Shown here: piece after piece, positions 36,641 through 48,793 of the stretch
How positions within the stretch are numbered: the stretch's first letter is position 1
How the letters are laid out: each line of letters begins with the position of its first letter
Assembly (NCBI RefSeq): GCF_028641065.1
Contig: NC_073377.1
Span: forward strand, 31,744,001 to 31,808,000
Source of the DNA: Leucoraja erinacea
Taxonomy: Eukaryota
DNA: 64,000 nt
Reading direction: 5' to 3'
Position numbers and translations under genes: made by a program
Notes under the pieces: generated by a model
Databases searched by the model: none
The model's input: the letters and a program-made list of their open reading frames with translations, nothing else
What the model was told of the DNA's origin: nothing

Positions 36641-37328
36641 AAGTTAGCATACAGGGCTTGCATGTGGCCCATTGCTGTCTAAACCTATCCTATTCATATA
36701 TCTGCCTCCAGTCCTTTTTCTCTATTAAGGAGTCCTCGCCTCGCAGTGACGTCCCCTTCTCCCATCTCTAATATTCCCAAGACTGAAGAACGGTCCCGAC
36801 TCAAAAAGTCACCTATTTATGTTCTCCAGAGATTCTCCATGTTCTCATTGTCTGTAACACATTTTCACCTATCCCACTGCTAACAATACCCTGTTTTCTT
36901 TATCATCGTTACCTTTTTGCATATATTTTATTCATTTGTTCTATCTATATTACTAAAACTCTGATCTTGACCGTGTTGGCCAACTGTGCTGCGATTTCAG
37001 ACAGAACGCCGAACCTACAGCCATCATTTTTGGCCATCTCGCTCAGAGCCCACCTCCGCCTTACGGGTGTGGAGGATTTTCCCCATCAATGAAAAAATCA
37101 GAGACATATTAATGTTTTTTAAAAATTCACCATTCTCTCTGCTGCCCCTGCAGGAGGGAGGGGGAGGGACTATAAAACCAGGAAGTGGTGTGCCTCACTC
37201 AGTCTCTGCAAGATGGATGAAGCCAAGGATAATGTCTCTGTGAGCTCCGAAGAACACTGAACACATGTCTACACAACTGTGTGTCCCCTTAATGTGTTTG
37301 AAAATGAAAATATGGTTTGTTTCAAGTA

Positions 37329-37990
37329 AAAAGGCACTGCCTGCAAATGGTTGAATGGGTGCTTTGGCTTGAAGTTAAAATGCACTATTTACTGCAAATG
37401 ATGCCTTGGATGCTTTGGCTTGAAGTTGAAAGGCACTACTTACTGCAAATGGTGGCTTGGGTGCTTTGGCTTGAAGTTAAAAGGCACTACTTACTGCAAA
37501 TGGTGGCTTGGGTGCTCCAGCTTTAAATGAAAGGCACTACTTACTGCAAATGGTGGTTTGGGTGCTTTGGCTTGAAGTCGAAAGGCACTTAATGCAAATG
37601 GTGGCTTGGGTGCTTTGGCATTAAGTTGAAAGGCACTACTTACTGCAAATGGTGGCATAAAGTTGAAAGGCACTACTTACTGCAAATGGTGGCTTGTGTG
37701 CTTTGGCTTGAAGTTAAAAGGCACTATATACGGCAAATGGTGGCTTGGGTGCTTGGGCTTGAAGTTGAAAGGCACTACTTACTGCAAATGGTGGCTTGTG
37801 TGCTATGGCTTGAAGTTAAAAGGCACTATATACTGCAAATGGTGGCTTGGGTGCTTGGGCTTGAAGTTGAAAGGCACTACTTACTGCAAATGGTGGCTTG
37901 TGTGCTTTGGCTTGAAGTTGAAAGGCACTACTTACTGCAAATGGTGGTTTGGGTGCTATGGCTTGAAGTTAAAAGGCACTACTGCAAATG
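37329..37990 (+). repeat. 51-bp minisatellite, about 13 copies
   Basis: Unit aaaggcactacttactgcaaatggtggcttgggtgctttggcttgaagttg. Confidence 0.95.
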
Positions 37991-38001
37991 CAATTACAGT
38001 A

Positions 38002-38801
38002 CAGTTGCACAACCTTTTATCCGGAGTTCCGGAAACCGAAAAACTCCGAAAACCGGCCATTTTTTCCAGGATGTCATCTGCACACCAAAGCTCGCGTTTG
38101 GCGCCAGACTTGACCCAAAACGACCCACGGTCAACCCAGGTCTGTACTACTGTAGCGGCTGCCTCCTCCCTGGAGACCAGGGTGTCTCCCTCCATTTGTA
38201 AATCATTGCTTAAATGTTAGTCAGTTAGTTTGGAGGGCTATTATGTGAAGGGGGTGGAGGGGGTGAAGGGGTAAACTTTAATTCTTAGTCCCCTACCTGG
38301 TCGGAGAGGCGGGGAGCGGTCAATGCCTTACCGGGTCGCCGTGCTGTAAGCTTCGCAGCGCTGTGGCTGCCAACTCCCAGCTGGGGCTGTGGGCGTCTGG
38401 CTGCGGGTGGCGCCGGTTGTAGCTCCGACCCTGGCAACTCTATCCCTGGCTGCGCGGCTCCAAATCCAGCGCCGCCCGCGGCCGGACGCCCGCAGCCCCA
38501 GCTCAGCGAATGTTGGGAGTCGGCGGCGTCGCAGCGCAGGGATACCAGCGGGCAATGCCTTACCGGGTCGCCGTGCGGTAAGCTCCGGAGCGCTGTGGCC
38601 GCCGACTCCCAACATTCGCGGAGCTGTGGCTGCGGGCGTCCGGCCGCGGGTGGCGGTGGATTTGGAGCACCGCGCAGCCAGGGGTAGAGTTGCCGGGGTC
38701 GGAGCTACAACCGGCACCGCCCGCGGCCGGACGGAGCCCCCAGCTCCGCGATGTTGGGAGTCGCCGACCAGGTAGGGGACTAAGAATTAAAGTTTCCCCC
38801 T

Positions 38802-38844
<43 letters not shown>

Positions 38845-39079
38845 ACCATCACCACCACCACCACCACCACCATCCCTCCAAACTAACTGACTAACATTTA
38901 TGCAATGATTTACAATGATTCCCCGGTCTCCAGGGAGGAGGCAGCCGTTCCAGACTTTTCAAGCCGCCCGCGCTGCCTACCTAATCTACGCTAAAAATCT
39001 TCCATTCTGAAATCTGAAAATGTCTGAAATCCGACAGGTGTCTGGTCACAAGGCTTTCGGATAAAAGGTTGTGTACCTG
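38002..39079. mobile_element. Tc1/mariner-superfamily-type MITE nested in the Helitron, GC/CpG-rich palindromic core
   Basis: 22-bp TIRs cagttgcacaaccttttatccg / cggataaaaggttgtgtacctg, TA TSD at 38000-38001 and 39080-39081; internal inverted arms about 38157-38307 and 38762-38946. Confidence 0.85.
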
Positions 39080-39444
39080 TACTTCTTGTTTGCACTTTAT
39101 ATTGATTTTAGATAAACCCCTACCACTTACGGCTGTGATTTTAGGCCATCTTACTTAGTGTCCCCTCCGCTGAGCAGGTGCAGAGAATTATTCCCATCAA
39201 TGAAAAATAAAAGTGTTATTAGTGTTTACAAAATGTTGAGAATCTCCCTCCTGTCAATCACGCCATGAAAGCCACACCTTTGCCAGTGGGAGGGGTTTTA
39301 AAACCCGGAAGTGTGGCTGTGGCTCAGTCTCTGCATGATGGGGGAGGGAGAGGTCACGACTCTGTGTGAGCTGTGATTGAACTGAACACACTAAATGTCT
39401 ACGGAACTGTGAGTCTGGTGTTTTGTGTGGTTTTATGGTGGTTT

Positions 39445-39895
39445 CACCCTGCATGAAATGGTATGAAGCTGCATTTGAATTTGGTGGCCTTGCACACTGC
39501 TTGAAGTGGAATGAAACTGCCCTTGAATTTGGCGGCCTTGCATCCTGCTTGAAGTAGTATGGAACTGTACTGAATTTGGTGGCCTTGCACCCTGCTGAAA
39601 GTGGTATGAAACTGCACTTGAATTTGGTGGCCTTGGATCCAGCTTGAAGTGGTATGAAACTGCACTTTAATTCAGTGGCCTTGCACCCTGCTTGAAGTGT
39701 TTGGAAACTGCACTTGAATTTGGTGGCCTTGCACCCTGCTTGAAGTGGTAGGAAACTGCACTTGAATTCGCTGGCCTTGCACCCTGCTCATAGTGGTAAG
39801 AAACTGCACTTAAATTTGGTGTCCTTGCACCCTGTTTGAAATGGTAGGAACATGGATTTGAATTTGGTGGCCTTGCACCCTGCTAGAAATGGAAT
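39445..39895 (+). repeat. 47-48-bp minisatellite, about 9 copies
   Basis: Unit ttgcaccctgcttgaagtggtaggaaactgcacttgaatttggtggcc (starts at 39681, 39729, 39777). Confidence 0.95.
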
Positions 39896-40373
39896 TTCAA
39901 GGAATAGTCAACTTCCAGCCCACCAGCCGTGAGTGAGCTGCCAGCAGATCAGGCTTGAGGGAATGAGCTGCCACCCCAAGAACCCATACCAGCACTCCAG
40001 AATGCCCCCCCCCCCCCCACTGGCCACCAATATTGGAATTGGTGGAGAGGTGGAAAATTGCATCGGGGGACCAGCCCTCCCGTGTGAACATGGGGCCCAA
40101 CGAGTCCCACTTAGTCTAGTATCTCTCTACATCACTATCTGATTCTTTCCTTTCCTTTTCCCCTGACTCACAGCTTGAAAAAGAGTCTTGACCCGAAACG
40201 TCACTCATTCCTTTCATCCATAGATGCTGTATGACCGCTGAGTTACTCAATCACTTTGTCTTTTTTTGTAAACCAACAACTTCAGTTCCATGTTGTTACA
40301 TTAAATGTTTGCAGGCTTGTTCTGAGGTGTAAAGAATTGGTGTTTTCTGCTTCTTGGCTGCATGTACATTAGT

Positions 40374-40508
40374 GAAGGGAATGGAGGGTTATGGTATGAG
40401 TGCAGGCAGGTGGGACTAAGGGGAAAAAAAAAATTTTTCGGCATGGACTTGTAGGGCCGAGATGGCCTGTTTCCGTGCTGTAATTGGTATATGGTTATAT
40501 GGATATAT
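40374..40508 (+). mobile_element. CR1 3' tail
   Basis: Nearly identical to 21256-21384. Confidence 0.85.
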
Positions 40509-41204
40509 GTAAGAAGGTTAATTTCTGCCCTCTTGATTTCCTTGTCTTGATGTTTTCTTCCTCGTTTAAATCTTTTTGGCTGCCAGCAAAATGGCATCAA
40601 AGTCAGTGACAAAGGTCAAAATGATAATTTCTGTTCATTAGGCTGATTAATATAGATGATTTTGGTTTTCATCCAATTGCATGGCTTAATTTCTTTCCAA
40701 CAGTATTATTACATTATAAAAAGAGGTAAAATAATGTTAGTCCTCAAGCGATAACTAAATGATATTATCCTGAACTTGCCATTGTAAATGTCTTACAAAA
40801 CTACTAAAGGAATAAAGGGTACAAATATATTGGCTTGGAAGCAGCTTAAGCCTTCTTTAACTAAAATGCTAATAATGTACATGTTGCAGAATAAAGGAAA
40901 TGAACACACAGAGGATCATATGTTTATTCGAAAAGCTGCTGAAATGGATACTGATAAAATTCTTTACACTGAGAACACTATCAAAAATCATGGTGCATGT
41001 AAACGTCAAGATGAATGGTGAAGGTGTGAGGATAGAAATAGATAAAATACCAAAGCTGTCAATTTTATGGAGGACACAGCCCAAAGTCTAGATGCATTCA
41101 TAGAATCATAAAGAGATACAGCATGAAAACAGGCCCTTTGGCCCACGAAGATCGCACGCAGTAACATCCACCATTTGGACTAACCCTACATTAATTCTAT
41201 ATAA

Positions 41205-41429
41205 TGCCCCTGTCCCACTTAGGAAACCTGAACGGAAACCTCTGGAGACTTTGCGCCCCACCCAAGCTTTCCGTGCAGTCCTGGAGGTTGCAGGTGGTTG
41301 CCGGAGGTTGCAGGTAGTGGAAGCAGGTAGGGAAACTGACAAAAACCTCCGGGAACCGCACGGAAACCTTGGGTGGGTTGCAGAGTCTCCACAGGTTTCC
41401 GTTCAGGTTTCCTAAGTGGGACAGGGGCA
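41205..41429. mobile_element. 225-bp PIF/Harbinger-type MITE
   Basis: Perfect 37-bp TIR tgcccctgtcccacttaggaaacctgaacggaaacct, arms extending to about 80 bp; TSD TAA at 41202-41204 and 41430-41432. Confidence 0.9.
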
Positions 41430-41433
41430 TAAG

Positions 41434-41745
41434 GCAGTACAGTGGCGCAGCATAATAGCTGCTGCCTCACAGTGCCAGAGATCCTGGTTTGACCATGACT
41501 ATGGATGCTGACTGTGCATTGTATGTTCTCTTTGTAAACGCATGAGTTTTCTGTGGGTGCTCTGATTTCCTCCTACACCCCAAAGACGTCCAGGTTTGAG
41601 GATTAATTGGCTTCTTTAAATTGCCCCTAGTTTGCAAGATGCAAAATTAGGATAACATAGAACTAGTGTATAAATGATTGATAGTGTGGACTCGGTAGGC
41701 TGAAGGGCTTGTGTCTAGATGTATCTTTATGCTAAACTAAACTAA
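41434..41745 (+). mobile_element. V-SINE (HE1-like)
   Basis: gcagtacagtggcgcagc head, V-domain, (CTAAA)n tail. Confidence 0.8.
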
Positions 41746-42160
41746 CCCTATTTTTATTCTCCCCAAATTCTCATCAACAGATCCCAGATTTTACCACTCA
41801 TCAAAACACTAGAGTGACCAATTTATCTACTCTCCAGCACATCTTAGGCATGTGGGAGGAAATTGGACCACCCAGAGGAAACCAAGATGCTCAAAGGATC
41901 AATGTGCAAACTCCACACAGACTGCATCCAAGGTCAGGTTTGAACCAGGATCTCAGGTCAATGAGGCAGCAACTCTACTTTGATCAATCATTGAACAAAC
42001 AATCAGTACTGTGTAGGAAAGAACTGCAGATGCTGGTTTAAATCGAAGATAGACACAAAATGCTAGAGTAAAGAGACTTTACTTGGGCAACCTAATCTGC
42101 GAGTTCTGGTGAATTTGCCCTTGACTCATACTCGCAGCAGGGTCAACACGAGGTAGCAGG

Positions 42161-43985
42161 ATAGTAAAAGCTTCTTTAGGTATATGAAGAGGAAAATATT
42201 AGTTAGACCAAAGTTGGATCCTTGAAGACCGAAAAAGGTGAATTTATTATGGGGAACAAGGAAATGGCCGATGAGTTGAACATGCACTTTGGATCTGTCT
42301 TCACTAAGGAGGACACAAACAATCTTCCTGATATATTAGTGGCCAGAGGATCTAGGGTGACAGAGGCACTGAAGGAAATCCACATTAGGCAGGAAATGGT
42401 GTTGAATAGACTGATGGGACTGAAGGCTGATAAATCCCCAGGGCCTGACGGTCTGCATCCCAGGGTACTTAAGGAAGTGGCTCTAGAAATCGTGGATTCA
42501 TTGGTGATATTTTTCCAATGTTCTATAGACTCAGGATCAGCTCCTGTGGATTGGAGGGTAGCTAATGTTATCCCACCTTTTAAGAAAAGTGGGAGAGCAA
42601 AAAAAGGGAATTATAGACATTAGCCTGACATCGGTGGTGGGGAAGATGCTGGAATCAATAATAAAAGATGAGATAACCGAACATTTGAATAGCATAGCAG
42701 GGTCGGTCTGTGTCAGCATGCATTTACGAAGGGGAAATCATGCTTTCTTCTGGAATTTTTTTAAGGTATAACTCGGAAAATGGGCAACGGAGAGCCAGTG
42801 GATGTAGTGTACCTGGACTTTCAGAAAGCATTTGATAAGGTCCCACATAGGAGATTAGTGGGCAAAATTAGGTATTGGGGGTAGAGTGCTGACATGGGTA
42901 GAGAAGTGGTTGGCAGACAGGAAACAAAGAGTAGGGATTAACGGGTCCCTTTCAGAATGACAGGCAGTGACTAGTGGGCTACCGCAAGGTTCGGTGCTGG
43001 GACCACAGCTATTTACAATATACATCAATGATTTGGATGAAGGGATTCAAAGTAACAAGAGCAAATTTACAGATGACACAAAGCTGGGTGGCAGTGTGAA
43101 CTGTGAGAAGGATGCTATGAGAATGCAGGGTGACTTGGACAGGTTGGGGGAGTGGGCAGATGCATGGCAGATGAAGTTTAATGCGGATAAATGTGAGGTT
43201 ATCCACTTTGGTAGCAAAAACAGGAAGGCGGATTATTATCTAAATGGTGTCAAGTTGGGAAAAGGGGAAGTAGAACGTGATCTGGGGGTCCTTGTACATC
43301 AGTCTATGAAAGTAAGCATGCAGGTACAGCAGGCAGTGAAGAAAGCAAATGGCATGTTGGCCTTTATAACAAGAGGAATCGAATATAGGAGCAAAGAGGT
43401 CCTTCTGCATTTGTACAGAGCCCCAGTGAGACCACACCTGGGGTATTGTGTGCTGTTTTGGTCCCCTAATTTGAGGAAGGACATTCTTGCTATTGAGGGA
43501 GTGCAGCGTAAGTTTACAAGGTTAATTCCGGGTATGGCGGGACTGTCATATGTTGAGAGAATGGAGCAGCTGGGCTTGTACACTCTGAAGTTTAGAAGGA
43601 TGAGAGGGCATCTCATTGAAACATATAAGATTGTTAAGGGTTTGGACATGCTAGAGGCAGGAAACTTGTTCCCGAGGTTGGGGGAGTCCAGAACCAGGGG
43701 GCAACAGTGTAAGAATAAGGAGTAAGCCATTTAGAACGGAGACGAGGAAACACTTTTTCTCACAGAGAGTGGTGAGTCTGTGGAATTCTCTGCCTCGGCG
43801 GCGGAGGCAGGTTCTCTGAATGCTTTCAAGTGAGAGCTAGATAGGGCTCTTAATATAGCGATGTCAGGGGATATGGGGAGAAGGCAGGAACGGGGTACTG
43901 ATTGGGCATGATCAGCCATGATCACATTGAATGGCGGTGCTGGCTCGAAGGGCCAAATGTCCTACTCCTGCACCTATTGTCTATT
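42161..43985 (+). pseudogene. 5'-truncated CR1 LINE ORF2 with frameshifts
   Basis: ORFs 42222-42623 (DKSPGPDGLHP) and 42967-43725 (GLPQGSVLGP, KFTDD); 3' UTR with (CTATTGT) tail. Confidence 0.95.
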
Positions 43986-44827
43986 GTAGGAGGTCTTCGT
44001 AACTCTCCTTCATGCTCGAGAGTGGTCTCCACGTACTCTAGGCCTCAGCTAGGTCGTGGCACTTTTTTCAATGTTAAAAAATGCCTGCGAGTAAAAATAG
44101 GTTGCGATGGAAAAAATTAATACTTTATTTACGCATAGGTTTAGGGAAAGTAGGTCATAGTAGGTCGTAGTAGGTTGGCATGTTAGTCATAGGTAATCGT
44201 GGGTAGTCAAAGGTAATCAAAGGTAGTCGTAGATAGTCCATCATAGTCGAAGGGAGGTCGAAGTTGATTGAAAGAGGGCGTTTTCACTTTCCACTATTCG
44301 GTGTCCAATTTTTCCTGAAGTTAGAAAAGAGAGAAAAATAGAATGGTCTAAAAAAAAGAAATTCAAGAAATAATTCAGAAGGCTAAGAGAAATTAATAAA
44401 GACTCTTTAAAAATTTGAAAGTTATTTCACAGACTCGTATGTGACAGCAGATCTTAGCCAAACTAGGTACCTATGAGAATTTGTAAATCAAGTTTTGTTT
44501 TTTTCTAAAATTAGTGCATGAGGAAAAATGTTGAACTTTTTGACCTTATCATCTGCTGCACAGTAGGGGCTCTGCCACTTTACATTCCACATTTTGTCTA
44601 CCTGAAAAAGGTGCTAATTGCTAAAGTAATGCCATGAATAAGCTTTAATGAATTAATTAATTAACAAAGTAATTGACAACAATTAAATAGTCAACTAATC
44701 ATTCTGTCACCAGGCCAGCTGGTACAGTCATATTACAATCCTAGACACACACTTCACACAGCCAGTTAAGCTCCAGTTGTACAAATGAGTGCTGAGACAT
44801 CACCACCACAACAAAGCAAACACTGGA

Positions 44828-45923
44828 GGTACACAAAATTGCTGGAGAAACTCAGCGGGTGCAGCAGCATCTATGGAGCGAAGGAAATAGGCGACGTTTC
44901 GGGCCGAAACCCTTCTTCAGACTGATGGGGGGTGGGGGGGAGAAGGGAGGAAAGAGGGAGGAGGAGGAGCCCGAGGGCGGGGGGATGGGAGGAGACAGCT
45001 CGAGGGTTAAGGAAGGGGAGGAGACAGCAAGGGCTAGCAAAATTGGGAGAATTCAACATTCATGCCATCAGGACGCAAGCTGCCCAGGCGGAATATGAGG
45101 TGCTGTTCCTCCAATTTCCGGTGTTGCTCACTCTGGCAATGGAGGAGACCCAGGACAGAGAGGTTGGATTGGAAATGAGAGAGGGAGTTGAAGTGCTGAG
45201 CCACCGGGAGTTCAGGTAGGTTATTGCGGACTGAGCGGAGGTGTTCAGCGAAACGATCGCCCAACCTCCGCTTAGTCTCCCCGATGTAAATCAGCTGACA
45301 TCTAGAGCAGCAGCAGTAGATGAGGTTGGAGGAGATACAGGTGAACCTTTGTCGCACCTGGAACGACTGCTTGGGACCTTGAATGGAGTCGAGGGGGGAG
45401 GTGAAGGGACAGGTTGCAACGGAAAGTGCCCGGGGAGGGGGGGTGGTACGGGAGGGAAGGGAAGAATTGACAAGGGAGTTGCGGAGGGAGCGGTCTTTGT
45501 GGAAGACAGACATAGGGGGAGATGGGAAGATGTTGTGAGTGGTGTGGTCACGTTGGAGGTGGCGGAAATGGCGGAGGATTATGTGTTGTATTTGCCGGCT
45601 GGTGGGGTGAAAGGTGAGGACCAGGGGGACTCTGCCCTTGTTGCGAGTGCGGGGATGGGGAGAGAGAGCAGTGTTGCGTGGTATGGATGAGACCCTGGTG
45701 CGAGCCTCATCTATGGTGGCGTGGGGAATCCCCGTTCCCTGAAGAACGAGGACATTTCCGATACCCTGGTTTGGAATGTCTCATCCTGGGAACAGATGCG
45801 GCGTAGGCGGAGGAATTGGGAGTAGGGGATGGAGTCTTTACAGGAGGCGGGTGGGAAGACGTGTAATCCAGATAGCCATGTGAGTCAGTGGGTTTGTAAT
45901 GTAGCGGCGAGATGAGTCGGGAC
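44828..45923 (-). mobile_element. Young 5'-truncated Penelope-like element (RT end, GIY-YIG, hammerhead-like 3' repeat)
   Basis: HYKPTDSHGYLDYTSSHP; FTCISSNLIYCCCSRCQLIYIGETKRRLGDRFAEH; 17-bp TSD acaaagcaaacactgga at 44811-44827 and 45924-45940. Confidence 0.95.
44893..44920 (-). ncRNA. Minimal hammerhead-ribozyme-like motif (Penelope type)
   Basis: CUGAAGA-A-GGGU(UUCG)GCCC-GAAA-CG-UC: both core boxes, 4-bp stem II with UUCG loop, palindromic ACGU stem III; stem I not obvious. Confidence 0.55.
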
Positions 45924-48793
45924 ACAAAGCAAACACTGGAATGTATTTTCAGCCTGAAATCATTAGGGAAGACAGGCATCCTCTGCAACATGTGATACAA
46001 ACAAGCTGGGTGATTTTTACACCATTCCCTTGTCAACCTCATGTCTGTTCTATTACATTGTGCTACATTGGTGTTGAGATCAATCAATGATTTAATGATT
46101 CAATGACACTTTGTCACGTTCCTAGGTACAGTGAAATTCTTTCTTTGGCATACAATCCAATAAGATTATACTATAGATAAGCACAATTATAGACAGGTAC
46201 AACGGTTCAGTGAATCCACGTGAAACTAAACTAAACTAAACTAAACCAAATATTGATGTGGATTGTGATCAGTGTTACCTGGTCCATTTTTGCAACTGTC
46301 GTAGTTTCATCTGGAAATAATTGCTAACATGATTTACTCCTCGTAGCATCAATTCTGGATCACATGGTGCTAATGCGAATACAAAATGAGATCTGATTTA
46401 TATGTAATAATCTGCATTTGAAACATAATTGTAACATTTAAAATTTACTCATAGGTTTAGTCAAAGTAGGTCATAGTAGGTCGTAGTAGGTCGGCATGTT
46501 AGTCATAGGTAATCGAGGGTAGTCGAAGGTAATCAAAGGTAGTCATAGATAGTCCATCATAGTCGAAGGGAGGTCGAAGTAGATTGAAGGAGGGCGTCTT
46601 CACTTTCCACTATTCGGTGTCCAATTTTTCCTGAAGTTAGTCGTAGCTAGTCGTAGCTAGTCAAAGCTAATCTTCAACATAGTCGTAGGAGGTCGAAGGA
46701 CGTCTTCCACATATCATTTTTTAAAATTCTTCTAAACTCGGCAATTAGGTCACCCAAGTTGGACAACCCCTTAACCCAGCAAGACAGGCAGCCTCTCTGG
46801 AGAGAAGGAATGGGTGATGTTTCTGGTCGAGACCCTTCTTCAGACTCATCAGTAACAATCAGTTCTCATGCTTCTTACGACATACTGTATAGGGGGATAT
46901 TGATGTTTAGAGGGCCACTGAGAAGAAATAAGTTCTCTCAAAGTTTGATGATGGTCTGGAATACCTTGTCTTGAGAATCCATAACCTTCCAGAGGATGGC
47001 AAATGGCTGGGAACAGGAGTTAATCTGGACAAAACTTTTGGTGGCATAGAAATGATGGATCAATTGACCTTGTTCTGTGCTGAAAATTTCTGCAACTAAT
47101 CAAAGTGTCGATTTTACACTTTATTTTTCAATTTTGATCATTATAGCATCCCTGACACAACATTTAGGTGAATAATTTGTGTTATAAGCATTGCTCTCAC
47201 TATATTAGTATTAGATGCAATAGAATGTAGCCGAACCATGTCTCATTAACGTGCAAGATTTAAAAAAAACAAGTCAGGAATGAAACACCATGGATGAATT
47301 AAAAAATAAATACAACTAGCAAAATAGTTCATACTAAGCATCAACAATAAAAGAGAGAAAAATAGAATGGTCTATAAAAAAGAAATTCAAGAAATAATTC
47401 GAAAGGCAAAGAGAAATTAATAAAGACTCATTAAAAATTTAAACGTTATTTCACAGACTCGTATGTGACAGCAGATCTTAGCCAAACTAGGTACCTATGA
47501 GAATTTGTAAATCTAGATTTGGTGTTTTCTAAAATTAGTGCATGAGGAAAAATGTTGAACTTTTTGACCTTATCATCTGCTGCACAGTAGGGGCTCTGCC
47601 ACTTTACATTCCACATTTTGTCTACCTGAAAAAGGTGCTAATTGCTAAAGTAATGCCATGAATAAGCTTTAATGAATTAATTAATTAACAAAGTAATTGA
47701 CAACAATTAAATAGTCAACTAATCATTCTGTCACCAGGCCAGCTGGTACAGTCATATTACAATCCTAGACACACACTTCACACAGCCAGTTAAGCTCCTG
47801 TTGTACAAATGAGTGCTGAAACATCACCACCACAACAAAGCAAACACTGGAATGTGTTTTCAGCCTGAGATCATTAGGGAAGACAGGCATCCTCTGCAAC
47901 ATGTGATACAAACAAGCTGGGTGATTTTTACACCATTCCCTTGTCAACCTCATGTCTGTTCTATTACATTGTGCTACATTGGTGTTGAGATCAATCAATG
48001 ATTTAATGATTCAATGGCATTTTGTCACGTTCCTAGGTACAGTGAAATTCTTTCTTTGGCATACGATCCAATAAAATTATACTAAAAATAAGCACAATTA
48101 TAGACAGGTACAACGGTTCAGTGAATCCACGTGAAACTAAACTAAACTAAACTAAACTAAACCAAATATTGATGTGGATTGTGATCAGTTACCTGGTCCA
48201 TTTTTGCAACTGCCGTAGTTTCATCTGGAAATAATTGCTAACATGATTTACTCCTCGTAGCATCAATTCTGGATCACATGGTGCTAATGCGAATGCAAAA
48301 TGAGATCTGATTTATATGTAATAATCTGCATTTGAAACATAATATTAACATTTAAAATTGCATATGACTTCAGAAATGAGTGAGCTGTGGGCTCACCTCC
48401 AGTGCCCTTGGACGCTCTCTGGGGGTTCAATGGTTGGCCATGTGAGGTGCCCGGGGCATGGAGGCTGCGTGGTAGCTGTGGGAGGCGAGGGGACAGTGTG
48501 TCCGTGGGTGGAGGTGTGGTTGAAGTGGGCTGCTGGATGCCCTGCACAATCCACGGGATCATGTGGATCAGGCATCACTGGCGTCTCCACTGAGGCCGAA
48601 CGAGCGGATCAGACATGGCCTCCAGCATTATGGAGAGGTAGACCAGTGGCGAGGACACTGACAGCATCACCAGGCCAGGCCAACCCCTGCAACACTGACC
48701 CAGTGCTGCCACCAGGACAATGGGTCTTTACATGTAACAGACACATAACAGTCTGTTTGCTTCCAGCATCTGGTTTAATGAGAGTTGCGCATT

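Larger units (their letters stand above)
36944..40119 (+). mobile_element. 3.2-kb composite non-autonomous Helitron
   Basis: A|TCTATATTACTAAAA 5' end, hairpin TGGGGCCC-AAC-GAGTCCCA at 40091-40109, CTAG|T at 40116-40119; flanks rejoin as a Penelope 3' UTR (ttgttcta|tatctctctac) with no TSD. Confidence 0.9.
42072..46771. mobile_element. Harbinger-type MITE (same family as 8943-11405, opposite orientation) expanded by nested insertions and a duplication
   Basis: Degraded left TIR, right TIR ggtcacccaagttggacaacccct; TSD TAA at 42069-42071 and 46772-46774 inside a Penelope-derived short element (42010-42071 plus 46775-46845). Confidence 0.8.
44127..48359 (+). repeat. Local tandem duplication (copy 1 44127-46445, copy 2 46443-48359)
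   Basis: 44128-44324 matches 46444-46640; 44325-46445 (minus the Penelope insert) matches 47349-48359. Confidence 0.9.

Noticed and set aside
37329-37990. Regular repeats as a CRISPR array or a 17-aa repeat protein (ORFs 37626-38201, 37663-38220)
   Set aside because: Units are contiguous with no unique spacers, there are no cas genes and the context is eukaryotic; open frames follow from a 51-bp unit that is a multiple of 3
38328-38890. GC-rich ORFs or a CpG-island promoter of a host gene
   Set aside because: Lies wholly within a TIR/TSD-bounded MITE; the ORFs reflect high GC and low stop frequency
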